Shown here: positions 14,849-23,696 of the stretch, piece by piece
Numbering within the stretch: the stretch's first letter is position 1
How the letters are laid out: each line of letters begins with the position of its first letter
From: Candidatus Magasanikbacteria bacterium RIFCSPHIGHO2_01_FULL_41_23
Lineage (GTDB): Bacteria > Patescibacteriota > Patescibacteriia > Magasanikbacterales > UBA922
NCBI GenBank assembly: GCA_001782805.1
Contig: MFPT01000008.1
Coordinates: 13,162-77,161, forward strand
Direction of reading: 5' to 3'
Length of the DNA stretch: 64,000 nt
Translations under genes and position numbers: made by a program
The notes under the pieces: generated by a model
The model's database searches: none
What the model was told of the DNA's origin: nothing
The model's input: only the letters and a program-made list of their open reading frames with translations

Positions 14849-16847
14849 AAATAAAAAAAACGCGCGCTTTTTGGGTTTATTTTTGCTAATTTTTTTGGGT
14901 ATTTGTGCTCCTATTTTTGTATATCAAACAAAAGCTCAAAGCGGGGGAGCGAAATTGGTGAACTATCATTTAGGTCAGCTATATTCTGGAATGACCAATG
15001 ATTTATCTAAGTATGACATATTGGTGCTGTCTCCGGCACAGATTGCGACTCATCAAGGAATAATGGGCGATATAAAAAAGTTGAATCCACAGATAATTAT
15101 TTTAGCATACGTCCCAAGTCAAAGTTATAACACTAATTATTGGCCAAGAGATGTGGTTTTTAGTGCTCTTAACGTGTCTGATGCTTGGTGGTTGCGCGAT
15201 AGTCGTGGCAAAATTATATCAGCGTGGCCCGGTATAAAAAATATAAATTTGGATCAAACATGGAGTGAATATTTTCTTCCATTTGTGCGGGATCATATTA
15301 GCGTCCTCTCCGGAGTGGATGGGATTTTTTTTGATATGGTTTCGCCTAATATTTCGTGGTTGAATAATGGTGACATTGATTTGAATGGCGATGGTGTGCG
15401 TGATATTTCCAGTCAAGCCGATGCACTGTGGCTTAATCGCACTGAATATTTTTTTAAGCGAGCCAAAGAAATAATGCCTACGATGTATATTGTTGATAAT
15501 GGAACTTCCGCTGCTGTGGTTCAGCCTTATGTTCATGGTCGGATGTATGAAAATTTTCCTACGCCTTGGGAAGGCGATGGTTCGTGGGGTACGGTAATGA
15601 ATCGAGTGCATGAAACACAAAAAAATAATCGTGTTCCTCATATTTCAATTATAAATTCCAATACTGCTAATACTGGCGTACAAAATTACCGTGATGTTCG
15701 GTTCGGTTTGGGGAGTGCGCTATTGGAGAACGGTTATTTTTCCTATGATTATGGTGACCAAAATCATGGTCAAACATGGTGGTATGATGAATATAATGTT
15801 CGACTTGGCCAGCCAATTGGTGGTTCAGTATCGCGGGCGAATTATGCAACGTATCAACCGGATCTGTGGCATCGGGATTTTGATCATGGTTTGGTGTTGG
15901 TAAACAGTACGCCGCAATTGGTGGCTGTGGATTTGGGCGGGGATTATGAAAAAATTAATGGCAGACAAGATCCGACGGTTAATGATGGCTCAATTGTGTC
16001 TGAAGTTGAGATTGCTCCCAACGATGGATTGGTTTTGTTGAAAACCACTTCGCGGCTTGATGATGTGATTTTTTCCAACGGTTCTTTTGCGCGGTTTTAC
16101 AAGCCTGATGGCATCCGTGTGCGGAATGGTTTTTTTGTTTTCGATGAGGAATATAAAGGTGGCGCGCAGATTTTATATTTTGATTTTGATGGCAATGCAA
16201 AACATGATACTTTGGTTGCGAGCGGGAATAAAATTACGGCCACGCGCGACGATGGTCAGCCGTTTTTCAAAATTTATCCGTACACGGCGAATTATTCCGG
16301 CAATTTAGTCTTGGCGGTTGGTGATCTTGATAACGATGGTTTTGATGAACTGTATGTTGCGCCGGATAAAGGGTCGTATCCGATTAAAATTTACAATTTG
16401 TTTGGCGAAGAAATTTTGCCTGAAGGCTGGTATCCGTTTGGTAAAAAATATCAGGATGGTTATTCTTTGGCAATTGCGGGCAAAGGATATGATGGTCGGT
16501 TAGTGATTGGAGCGAATCATGCTACGGGTCAGAATGATCATGATTCAACCGTCGGACTATATGATGCCGGATTAAAAAAAACCGCGGAATGGTCGATTTT
16601 TAAACAATCAAATCATGAACTAATGGTTGGAGCAGGGGATTTGGATGGTGATGGTATGCCGGAGATTGTCGCCGGATTTGGTAGTGGACGAAAGCCGACT
16701 CTTAAATTATATACACTTGAAGGAAAAGAATTTGGTCAGCCGATTATTTTTGCCGGTGAAATTTTTCGGAACGCGCAGATTCAAATTACTGATGTTAATT
16801 TTGATGGCGCGGCCGATATTGTGCTTCTGACAAGTGGGGCTTTATAA
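14817..16847 (+). CDS. Secreted putative glycoside-hydrolase-like TIM barrel with C-terminal FG-GAP repeats; start uncertain
   Basis: N-terminal TM; DGIFFD, GRMYENF, WWYDEY; GDLDNDGFDEL, GDLDGDGMPEI, DVNFDGAADI repeats. Confidence 0.75.
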   Translation: MLGHIVSCTTENKKNARFLGLFLLIFLGICAPIFVYQTKAQSGGAKLVNYHLGQLYSGMTNDLSKYDILVLSPAQIATHQGIMGDIKKLNPQIIILAYVPSQSYNTNYWPRDVVFSALNVSDAWWLRDSRGKIISAWPGIKNINLDQTWSEYFLPFVRDHISVLSGVDGIFFDMVSPNISWLNNGDIDLNGDGVRDISSQADALWLNRTEYFFKRAKEIMPTMYIVDNGTSAAVVQPYVHGRMYENFPTPWEGDGSWGTVMNRVHETQKNNRVPHISIINSNTANTGVQNYRDVRFGLGSALLENGYFSYDYGDQNHGQTWWYDEYNVRLGQPIGGSVSRANYATYQPDLWHRDFDHGLVLVNSTPQLVAVDLGGDYEKINGRQDPTVNDGSIVSEVEIAPNDGLVLLKTTSRLDDVIFSNGSFARFYKPDGIRVRNGFFVFDEEYKGGAQILYFDFDGNAKHDTLVASGNKITATRDDGQPFFKIYPYTANYSGNLVLAVGDLDNDGFDELYVAPDKGSYPIKIYNLFGEEILPEGWYPFGKKYQDGYSLAIAGKGYDGRLVIGANHATGQNDHDSTVGLYDAGLKKTAEWSIFKQSNHELMVGAGDLDGDGMPEIVAGFGSGRKPTLKLYTLEGKEFGQPIIFAGEIFRNAQIQITDVNFDGAADIVLLTSGAL

Positions 16848-16858
16848 ATTATAAAAAT

Positions 16859-17989
16859 TTATGCTTTGTACATTTCAATAATCCGCGGCATAATTGCGTC
16901 CCACCGATACTGTTTTTCAATAATCAATACATTTTCTTCGCCAAGTTTTTTTTGTTCATCAGATGATAATGATAAAAATGTGTTTAATTTGGTTTTAAGA
17001 TCAGACGAATCATTTTGATTAAAAATAATTTTTGGATTATTGATTAATTCCAAATGTTCCGGAATGTTTGACAGCAATACCGGTTTAGCCCAGTTCATGG
17101 CTTCAAGCACTGTAATGGGCAGGCCTTCATTGAGTGAAGGATGCACCAAGACTTTGGCATGGGCAAACAATGTTTCCAATGCTTGGCCACTTTGAAAATC
17201 AGTAAACACAATGTCATTGCATAAATTGGCCTTCTGATGAAGATTTTTTATATACTCATTGGTATACGCCGATCCGCCGACAATTACCAATTTTAAGTTG
17301 GTGATTGCCGGATTATTTATGTTTTGTTTGAGAGCGCTAAACGCATCAATTAAAATATGCGCTCCTTTGTGCGGTACGAGACGCGCGACCATAAGGATAT
17401 ATTGACTACTGACTAATCCAAATTTTTTCAATAATTCTTCCGAATTAATTGTTTCAACTTGGTTTACTGCATTCGGAATGTACGTTGTTTCTCGATCAAA
17501 TTCATTCAGGCAATATAATTGTAAACTGCGCGACACCGTGATTGTTTTGTGCGCAAATAAAACCGTTGCCTTTTCACCGATCCGTAAAAATAATTTTGCG
17601 ATCAGCCCCCATTTTTGGTGATAGCGGTCAATGGAGTGAAATGTTGTTATCACTTTTGTTCGTGGCGAAAAAAGACGAGGGATCCAAGACACAAGTGCCG
17701 GACCAACTCCATGATAATGGATTACGTCATATTTTTGACTCAGGGCATGTAGTGAAGACAAGAGGGTGTGCGTAAACGTATCAAGATGTTTTGTTTTAAT
17801 TGATGCGAGATGTTTGATTATTACGCCGTCAATATTTATTGTTCCTTGGTTTTTGGTGTACCAAGATCGGCCATAGACAGTTACGTCATGGTTCAATTTT
17901 GCCAAATGCACTGCCAGGTCGTGGACATGGCGTTCCACTCCACCAAAGCTGGCCGGCATTCCTTTTTGTCCGATCATGGCGATACGCAT
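16859..17989 (-). CDS. Glycosyltransferase family 4
   Basis: MRIAMIGQKGMPASFGGVE, RLVPHKG, PSLNEGLPITVLEAM. Confidence 0.93.
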   Translation of the reverse strand: MRIAMIGQKGMPASFGGVERHVHDLAVHLAKLNHDVTVYGRSWYTKNQGTINIDGVIIKHLASIKTKHLDTFTHTLLSSLHALSQKYDVIHYHGVGPALVSWIPRLFSPRTKVITTFHSIDRYHQKWGLIAKLFLRIGEKATVLFAHKTITVSRSLQLYCLNEFDRETTYIPNAVNQVETINSEELLKKFGLVSSQYILMVARLVPHKGAHILIDAFSALKQNINNPAITNLKLVIVGGSAYTNEYIKNLHQKANLCNDIVFTDFQSGQALETLFAHAKVLVHPSLNEGLPITVLEAMNWAKPVLLSNIPEHLELINNPKIIFNQNDSSDLKTKLNTFLSLSSDEQKKLGEENVLIIEKQYRWDAIMPRIIEMYKA

Positions 17990-18062
17990 ATTGTTTAACT
18001 AACAAATAACAGAGTATGATAGCCCAGTTTTGGTTTTTTGTCAATGGAACGGAGGCTAAAAA

Positions 18063-18140
18063 ATCCTAACCAATAGCCCGGCCTCGCCCTCCCGTATAGG
18101 TATGTTGCGTACCTTTCGAGACGAGCCATTGGTTAGGGTC
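18063..18140. terminator. Branched stem-loop / probable terminator downstream of the polyprenyl synthase gene
   Basis: CCTAACCAAT..ATTGGTTAGG closing stem with T-runs on both sides. Confidence 0.5.
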
Positions 18141-18142
18141 TT

Positions 18143-19204
18143 TTAGACCCCGGAATATTCTTGAACCAAGCCAACAAATTGGTGAAACAGACGCCGGTTT
18201 TGTTTTGAGATTGGCAGGTCATGAACCAAGTCATGACAGAGACCGGTATGATCCTGAACCATATCAAGAATTTTTTCGCGAATTTTATATTTCCCGCATA
18301 GTTCACGAACATAATTGGCCTGTGACAAAGGAATTTGATCCAACCAAAATGTATAGTTGAATTTTTCTTTTTCTGAGCGATTTAACTCAGGCAAAAGCAG
18401 TGCGCACCACAGCGTTGGTTGTTTATTGTTAAGATCCTCAATGAGGTTTTTACTGTTACCATTTTCATTGAAGCCGGCCAGATCATCAAGCGCTTGGAAA
18501 GCAATACCAAGAGATTCACCTATGGCTTTCAGAAATAAGCGGGTGGTTTCATCTGGCGTATGACTTAGTATAAATCCGGATACCAGCGGTAAGACAAAAC
18601 TATATGCTCCGGTTTTACTTTCGTATAAATGCAAGACGTCGTCTATGTTATGTGTTGGTTCATGAGCCACGGCATCATATACTTGCGCGCGTGTAGTACG
18701 AGTGAGTATGTTCAGAAAAAGAGTTAGTAATTCCACTTTGGTTTCATTGGCGCATTCCAAACTAATCAGTTGATTCAGTACAAATTGGATTAAATAATCT
18801 CCGACCGCGATAGCAGTGCCAACCCCATGTCGTTCATATGCCAACACGCCTCGTCCTTCAAAAATTGCTTTTAGACGAGCGGGAAAACTTAAGGTATCGC
18901 GTCTGATGGGGCTTTCATCAATAATGTCATCATGAATTAAGAGCGCATAATGCAAGACCTCGATTAATCCGGCGACTTGTTCTACGATTTTTGTTTCTTT
19001 TGCGCCAAAACTCTCTGCTGACAACAGACAAAGACCGCCTCTCCAGGCTTTGCCGATTTGTGAGGCGAGCTGTAATTCTTTAAAAATATAATGGTCGTTC
19101 GAAAAATCTTCGCGTGCTTGATTTTCTACATCATCAATAACAGTTCTTACTTGTGCGGCAATATTTTGTCGCCATGTTGCCAGATTGCGCTCTATGTCTT
19201 TCAT
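18143..19204 (-). CDS. Polyprenyl (FPP/GGPP-type) diphosphate synthase
   Basis: GKAWR, FARM HDDIIDESPIRR, GD, KT, second motif FQALDDLAG. Confidence 0.9.
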   Translation of the reverse strand: MKDIERNLATWRQNIAAQVRTVIDDVENQAREDFSNDHYIFKELQLASQIGKAWRGGLCLLSAESFGAKETKIVEQVAGLIEVLHYALLIHDDIIDESPIRRDTLSFPARLKAIFEGRGVLAYERHGVGTAIAVGDYLIQFVLNQLISLECANETKVELLTLFLNILTRTTRAQVYDAVAHEPTHNIDDVLHLYESKTGAYSFVLPLVSGFILSHTPDETTRLFLKAIGESLGIAFQALDDLAGFNENGNSKNLIEDLNNKQPTLWCALLLPELNRSEKEKFNYTFWLDQIPLSQANYVRELCGKYKIREKILDMVQDHTGLCHDLVHDLPISKQNRRLFHQFVGLVQEYSGV

Positions 19205-19206
19205 AA

Positions 19207-21099
19207 CTAATTATAATGTTTGATTAAAGCTTGCATGGTTTGATGTTCGCGCATTACTGTGTGCAGAGCATCTCCCAATCGGTTAATGGTTTTAGAAAGC
19301 ATAATTGGTGCGGAAGCACGCCATGATATTTTTTTCATTATGTATAGCGCTTGTTCGATTTCTTGTTGTGCCTGACGAATGGCAATTACAATCCCTTCTT
19401 CCCAAAATATTTCTTTTGCCGCTCCACTATTATTGAGCGCGGGGAAAGCATAACATGACAGAAATAATGGCTTGGTCACGCCGGTCAGACGATTGGCCGC
19501 ATAATCTTCATTCCAATCATGTAAATCATCGCACATCTGGCGCGCGTTCAGATAATGGGTAAATAGTTTTTTTAACTGCTGTTGCGTTTCTTTTGTTTGG
19601 CGAGAAATAATTGAAATTAATTGTGGTCCCAGAGTGTGACCAAACGAGCGTTCGCATAAATTAAGAGTCGTGGATCCGAGCAATTCTTTGGCATACGCAG
19701 AATCCGCAAAAAAATGAGTTCGTTCTTTCAATTCATGGGCATGAGCCAAATCAATATGATCAAGAGTGTCAGTTACCAATTCGGTTGGTATGCGATATTC
19801 GGTTGCGACTGCATGGTATCCCAGTGTTGCTTCGCGCAAACAAATATTGGCCAATGATAAATTTTGGGAAATAGTTCCCTCGTCATAGCATCCATCGTAC
19901 AATTGATATGAGAGCCAGCCCCACAAATTGGCTGTTCCCAGTTCGATGTATAATTGCAAAGGGAGTTCAGCTTCAAACGCGCGAGCAATATCAAAACTGA
20001 TTAGGGTAATTTCGCGTGCCAGTGGTGTACCGACTAATGTACTGAATTCTTGCAGGCCTACGGTGAATAAATTATGATCAAGCTTGTTTAATTTTCCGGC
20101 CACTGTGGTAATTATTACATCATGGAGCTGATTTTCCACTGATGAAATGATTGGTGATTTACTGCATCTTCCTACTTCATAATCATCATAATAGTTTATC
20201 GCGAGCGCGCAAACCGTGGCTGTTAATGCTACGCATCCGGATATTTCCGTGGTTGCATTCTCTTGTTTTTCCAGAATGCACGGATCAGCGGCATATGCTT
20301 GTCCGGCTCCAATTATTTTTTTAGCGTATTCAGTAATTATTATGGAGTCACTGCCGATTTTTATCATGAGTATTAATGTTAATCCCAATTCCAGAAGTGA
20401 TAATCCATCAATTTTTTGTGAATAACCATTTACTATTTTTTTAATCTCCGTGTCACACTGGCCATTTAATCCTCGATCCAATAAAAATAACATTAGTGGT
20501 TCAGAGACATAATATGGTGATCGCCAATTATTAGTGGCTATTCTATCAATAATATAATTATTCAAATTGTTTAAAACAACGTCTTGTTGTTTTAACGCGT
20601 AAGCAATTCCGGCATTAACCACCGGATCAATGTCAGACCATTTTTCCTCGTTTTTAGTCATTATCCATGTTTTGTATGGTCCGCCCGGTTTTTCTTCGTT
20701 ATTTGTGAGAGATTGGATGTACTGTATTAATGTTTGTATTTCCAGATTTTTGGTTACTGATTGAACCACAATCGCCAGACTGCTGTCATCAAGATCAGCC
20801 GGATACGGAAATTGCGTATTGTGCGTATCTGTTTGTGCCCAATATGACCATAGTTCGTTGTCAGATTTTTCTGATTGCAAAAAATAATTTATTTTTTTTA
20901 TTATATCGTGCGTTTCTTTTCTTTTGAGCATAGCCAGTATGCTGCCAATTAAGGCGGGATAGAAAATAGTACTATGGTTCACCGGAGATTTGTCCAATGA
21001 ATTACGCGTTATACTGGTAAAACCGCCATCATTGTTTTGATTGTGGGTAACAAAAATAATTGCGGAGCGCACATACTCGGCGCTATCAAAAATAGGCAT
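19207..21099 (-). CDS. Fused class II terpene cyclase-like domain + class I isoprenoid synthase/prenyltransferase-like domain
   Basis: QNNDGGF (QW-like), PADLDDSS (DxDD), DIDPVVNA, SPYY; C-terminal YDGCYDE and QMCDDLHDWNED aspartate-rich motifs. Confidence 0.75.
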   Translation of the reverse strand: MPIFDSAEYVRSAIIFVTHNQNNDGGFTSITRNSLDKSPVNHSTIFYPALIGSILAMLKRKETHDIIKKINYFLQSEKSDNELWSYWAQTDTHNTQFPYPADLDDSSLAIVVQSVTKNLEIQTLIQYIQSLTNNEEKPGGPYKTWIMTKNEEKWSDIDPVVNAGIAYALKQQDVVLNNLNNYIIDRIATNNWRSPYYVSEPLMLFLLDRGLNGQCDTEIKKIVNGYSQKIDGLSLLELGLTLILMIKIGSDSIIITEYAKKIIGAGQAYAADPCILEKQENATTEISGCVALTATVCALAINYYDDYEVGRCSKSPIISSVENQLHDVIITTVAGKLNKLDHNLFTVGLQEFSTLVGTPLAREITLISFDIARAFEAELPLQLYIELGTANLWGWLSYQLYDGCYDEGTISQNLSLANICLREATLGYHAVATEYRIPTELVTDTLDHIDLAHAHELKERTHFFADSAYAKELLGSTTLNLCERSFGHTLGPQLISIISRQTKETQQQLKKLFTHYLNARQMCDDLHDWNEDYAANRLTGVTKPLFLSCYAFPALNNSGAAKEIFWEEGIVIAIRQAQQEIEQALYIMKKISWRASAPIMLSKTINRLGDALHTVMREHQTMQALIKHYN

Positions 21100-21105
21100 A
21101 GAAAT

Positions 21106-22608
21106 TTAATTTTTTGACCACGAGATGATAAAAGAAGTACCTTTCGTCGGTTCGCTCTCGACTGAAATATCCGCACTTAATTCCTGACGCAATAATTCTT
21201 GAGCGATATTTAAACCAAGTCCTATCCCTCGTTCAGATTTGGTGCTAAAAAACGGATCAAAAATAAATGGTAAAAGTTTTGAATCAATTCCGCATCCCGT
21301 ATCCTTAATAATCAATTGACATTTTTGTTTATCTCGAGCGATTTGTCCTGAGTGGCTTGTGGTGAGCGACTTGTGGTGAGCACAGTCGAACCAAGTCGAA
21401 CCGAGTCGAGGGAAATCGATGGATTCAATCGTGAATGAAATAAATACGGTTCGTTCGCGATCGATTGGATTTTCCGCACAGGATTCAATGGCATTGGTTA
21501 AGATATTCACCCAAGCTCGGTACAGACGCAGTGGATTGGCAGTTACTTTACACGATGCGAAATCAGGGCACTCAATTTTTGTACTGACCTGATTTGCATT
21601 ATATTGTACTGCGTGAATGGCTTGTTTGACTGTTTCTCCAATTTCAATTACCCGTGATTCATTTCTATTTGATAATTCGCGTCTTATTCTATCAATCAGT
21701 TCTGACAACTGATTGGTCGCCGATAAAGCGACATTAATTTGTTCGCGTATTTCTCCTGCGTTAATGGAATTATTTTTACTTAATTGATCAATATGCATGG
21801 TTACGGCCGTGAGCGGATTAATTAAATCATGCATCAGTCCGGCTGATAATTTGCCGATTTCAGTTAGTCGCGATGTTTCTTTTAATCGCTCCAGCTGTGT
21901 ATGCTCCAATTCTTTGGTACGGGCAAGAACGCGCTCTTCCAGTGTGTCTCTTTCTTTTTTAACCAATACTTCGGAACGTCGCGCGCGACGAAGACTATTT
22001 TCAATCTCTTGATACGCGAGCCAAGTAATTCCGGAAATTACCAATAATATAATCGTAATTTCCATACTGTAATTGGCATACAATGTATTGTGCATCCAGC
22101 TTTCATCCACCGATATAAGGTTGTGCTGGTGTGCATAATCAAGGAGGCCAAGATAACTACCCAATGCAATCGCCATTATAATCGCTGATCGCGTATTTAA
22201 TAGAATACCAATCAAAACAATAATCAGACTAAGAGTCAAAAGCGGTATTGGTAATAGCGTACCCCAGCGGGTGAGTGAATATAGGGTTGGTATAATCAAC
22301 AGACCCAAAAATGCGTATGAGGAAAATTTCCACCAGCCTTTTCTGGCTAGGTATAACAGACCAAGAAAAAGGCCGGAAATTATGACTGATATCCAAATAG
22401 GAATTCCTCGCGGCGACGTTCCCGGTATGGTTGCTAAAGAAGCCACTGAAACAGTGAACAAAATTGAAAGAGCTGACAAAAAGATGAGCAAGACGCATAA
22501 AATATATTCGCGCCGCGCATCATCCTCTCGTCGTGAGGTTGGCTGAGTTATTTTTTGCCAAAATGTCCTCAGCCGGAAAAGAATGGAAAAGAAAAAATCT
22601 TTTGACAC
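21106..22608 (-). CDS. Membrane sensor histidine kinase (about 6 TM, HisKA + HATPase)
   Basis: H-box MHDLINPL, N-box NILTNA, DTGCGI, FDPFFSTK, GIGLGL. Confidence 0.93.
   Translation of the reverse strand: MSKDFFFSILFRLRTFWQKITQPTSRREDDARREYILCVLLIFLSALSILFTVSVASLATIPGTSPRGIPIWISVIISGLFLGLLYLARKGWWKFSSYAFLGLLIIPTLYSLTRWGTLLPIPLLTLSLIIVLIGILLNTRSAIIMAIALGSYLGLLDYAHQHNLISVDESWMHNTLYANYSMEITIILLVISGITWLAYQEIENSLRRARRSEVLVKKERDTLEERVLARTKELEHTQLERLKETSRLTEIGKLSAGLMHDLINPLTAVTMHIDQLSKNNSINAGEIREQINVALSATNQLSELIDRIRRELSNRNESRVIEIGETVKQAIHAVQYNANQVSTKIECPDFASCKVTANPLRLYRAWVNILTNAIESCAENPIDRERTVFISFTIESIDFPRLGSTWFDCAHHKSLTTSHSGQIARDKQKCQLIIKDTGCGIDSKLLPFIFDPFFSTKSERGIGLGLNIAQELLRQELSADISVESEPTKGTSFIISWSKN
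21328..21423 (-). repeat. Nested REP-like TCGAC...GCTC elements inserted in frame in the kinase
   Basis: Left halves CCCTCGACT, GGTTCGACT, GGTTCGACT followed by right halves GCTCACCACAAG x2, ACTCAGGACAAA, GCTCGAGATAAA. Confidence 0.8.
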
Positions 22609-22610
22609 AT

Positions 22611-22721
22611 CTAGCCTGACCAGGGGGGTGTATTAACCGCTGTCTTTTGGGCAAGACTGGCTAACATTTTCTTTTGACGACCTTCGGTGCTTTCAAGAAT
22701 TGCGCTAATGAGGTTTGACAT
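22611..22721 (-). CDS. 36-aa peptide MSNLISAILESTEGRQKKMLASLAQKTAVNTPPWSG; candidate ComX-like pheromone precursor
   Basis: AAGGAG-ACAT-ATG start; stop 2 nt before the kinase GTG; single Trp third from the C-terminus. Confidence 0.65.
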   Translation of the reverse strand: MSNLISAILESTEGRQKKMLASLAQKTAVNTPPWSG

Positions 22722-22823
22722 ATGTCTCCTTATATTAGTAAATAAATAGGGTGCAAGCGATGTCGACCTAGTGCAATCGCTGTGATTTTCCCTATAGAAC
22801 ATTAATTGTTTGTTCCTATATAT

Positions 22824-22870
22824 ATCATAGCGGTTTTGAGCTTAAATTTTCTTCAATTATTTCTTAAATT
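22824..22870 (-). promoter_or_regulatory. -10 element plus three direct repeats, candidate response-regulator binding site
   Basis: TATGAT (22824-22829, minus); AATT(T/G)AAG at 22841-22848, 22851-22858, 22863-22870 in place of a consensus -35. Confidence 0.5.
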
Positions 22871-22917
22871 CTTTTTTCATAAAAAAGTTACAACACAGCC
22901 TAGTTTTTACCATAGTC

Positions 22918-23592
22918 TTAAATTTTTACGCTCAAACGATAACCGCGACCTTGAACCGTGTGGATAAGTTTGTGCCGATTGCCAATGTCCAATTGTTTAC
23001 GCAACTCGCAAATATGCGCTTCAAGCGTGTTTGACCACACATCAGCATTCATATCCCACACATGCTCCATAATTTGCGCGCGGGTTATTATTTCATCGGG
23101 TCGACGGATGAGATATTCCAAAAGCATATATTGTTTGCGTGACAAATCAACAAAATATTTTCCGCGATGAACAACTTGCTTGGCTGTATCCAATACCACA
23201 TCATCGATTTTGTAAATGGTGTTATTCGGTAGGCTTGGTCGACGAGTCAAGGCTCTTAAGCGCGCCAGTAATTCTGCGGTGGAAAATGGTTTGGTCAAAT
23301 AATCATCAGCGCCAAGATTCAAGAGACTGACTTTTTTGTCCACTTCATGATTAATTGATAAAACCAAAATGGGAACATACTTGCCTCGGCCGCGAATATG
23401 AGAGCAGACTTGTTCGCCATTTTTCTTGGGCAAATTATAATCCAGAATGATAAGATCATAATCATTCACACAGGCTAATGACGTCGCGGTTTCACCGTCA
23501 CCGGCGGTATCAACAGCGTATGATTCATACTTTAACGCTGTTTTAAGACTGCTGAGGAGAATGGGATCATCATCAACAATAAGAATTCGCAT
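22918..23592 (-). CDS. OmpR/PhoB-family response regulator
   Basis: MRILIVDDD, DLIILD, GADDYLTKPF, winged-helix tail IHTVQGRGY. Confidence 0.95.
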   Translation of the reverse strand: MRILIVDDDPILLSSLKTALKYESYAVDTAGDGETATSLACVNDYDLIILDYNLPKKNGEQVCSHIRGRGKYVPILVLSINHEVDKKVSLLNLGADDYLTKPFSTAELLARLRALTRRPSLPNNTIYKIDDVVLDTAKQVVHRGKYFVDLSRKQYMLLEYLIRRPDEIITRAQIMEHVWDMNADVWSNTLEAHICELRKQLDIGNRHKLIHTVQGRGYRLSVKI

Positions 23593-23696
23593 AGATTGTA
23601 ATTGTACCGCACTTATGGCACTGGGCACAAAAATTTTATGCGCAATGGGGAAGACGGACGATTCGGAAAAAATCGTCCGTGCCGATTGAGGTGGGT

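Noticed and set aside
18063-18140. Riboswitch upstream of the GT4 at 17989
   Set aside because: No known aptamer consensus recognised; adequately explained as a terminator-like stem
22722-22802. 63-aa version of the peptide ORF (22611..22802)
   Set aside because: The internal ATG at 22721 has an AAGGAG SD; the upstream extension looks like leader sequence
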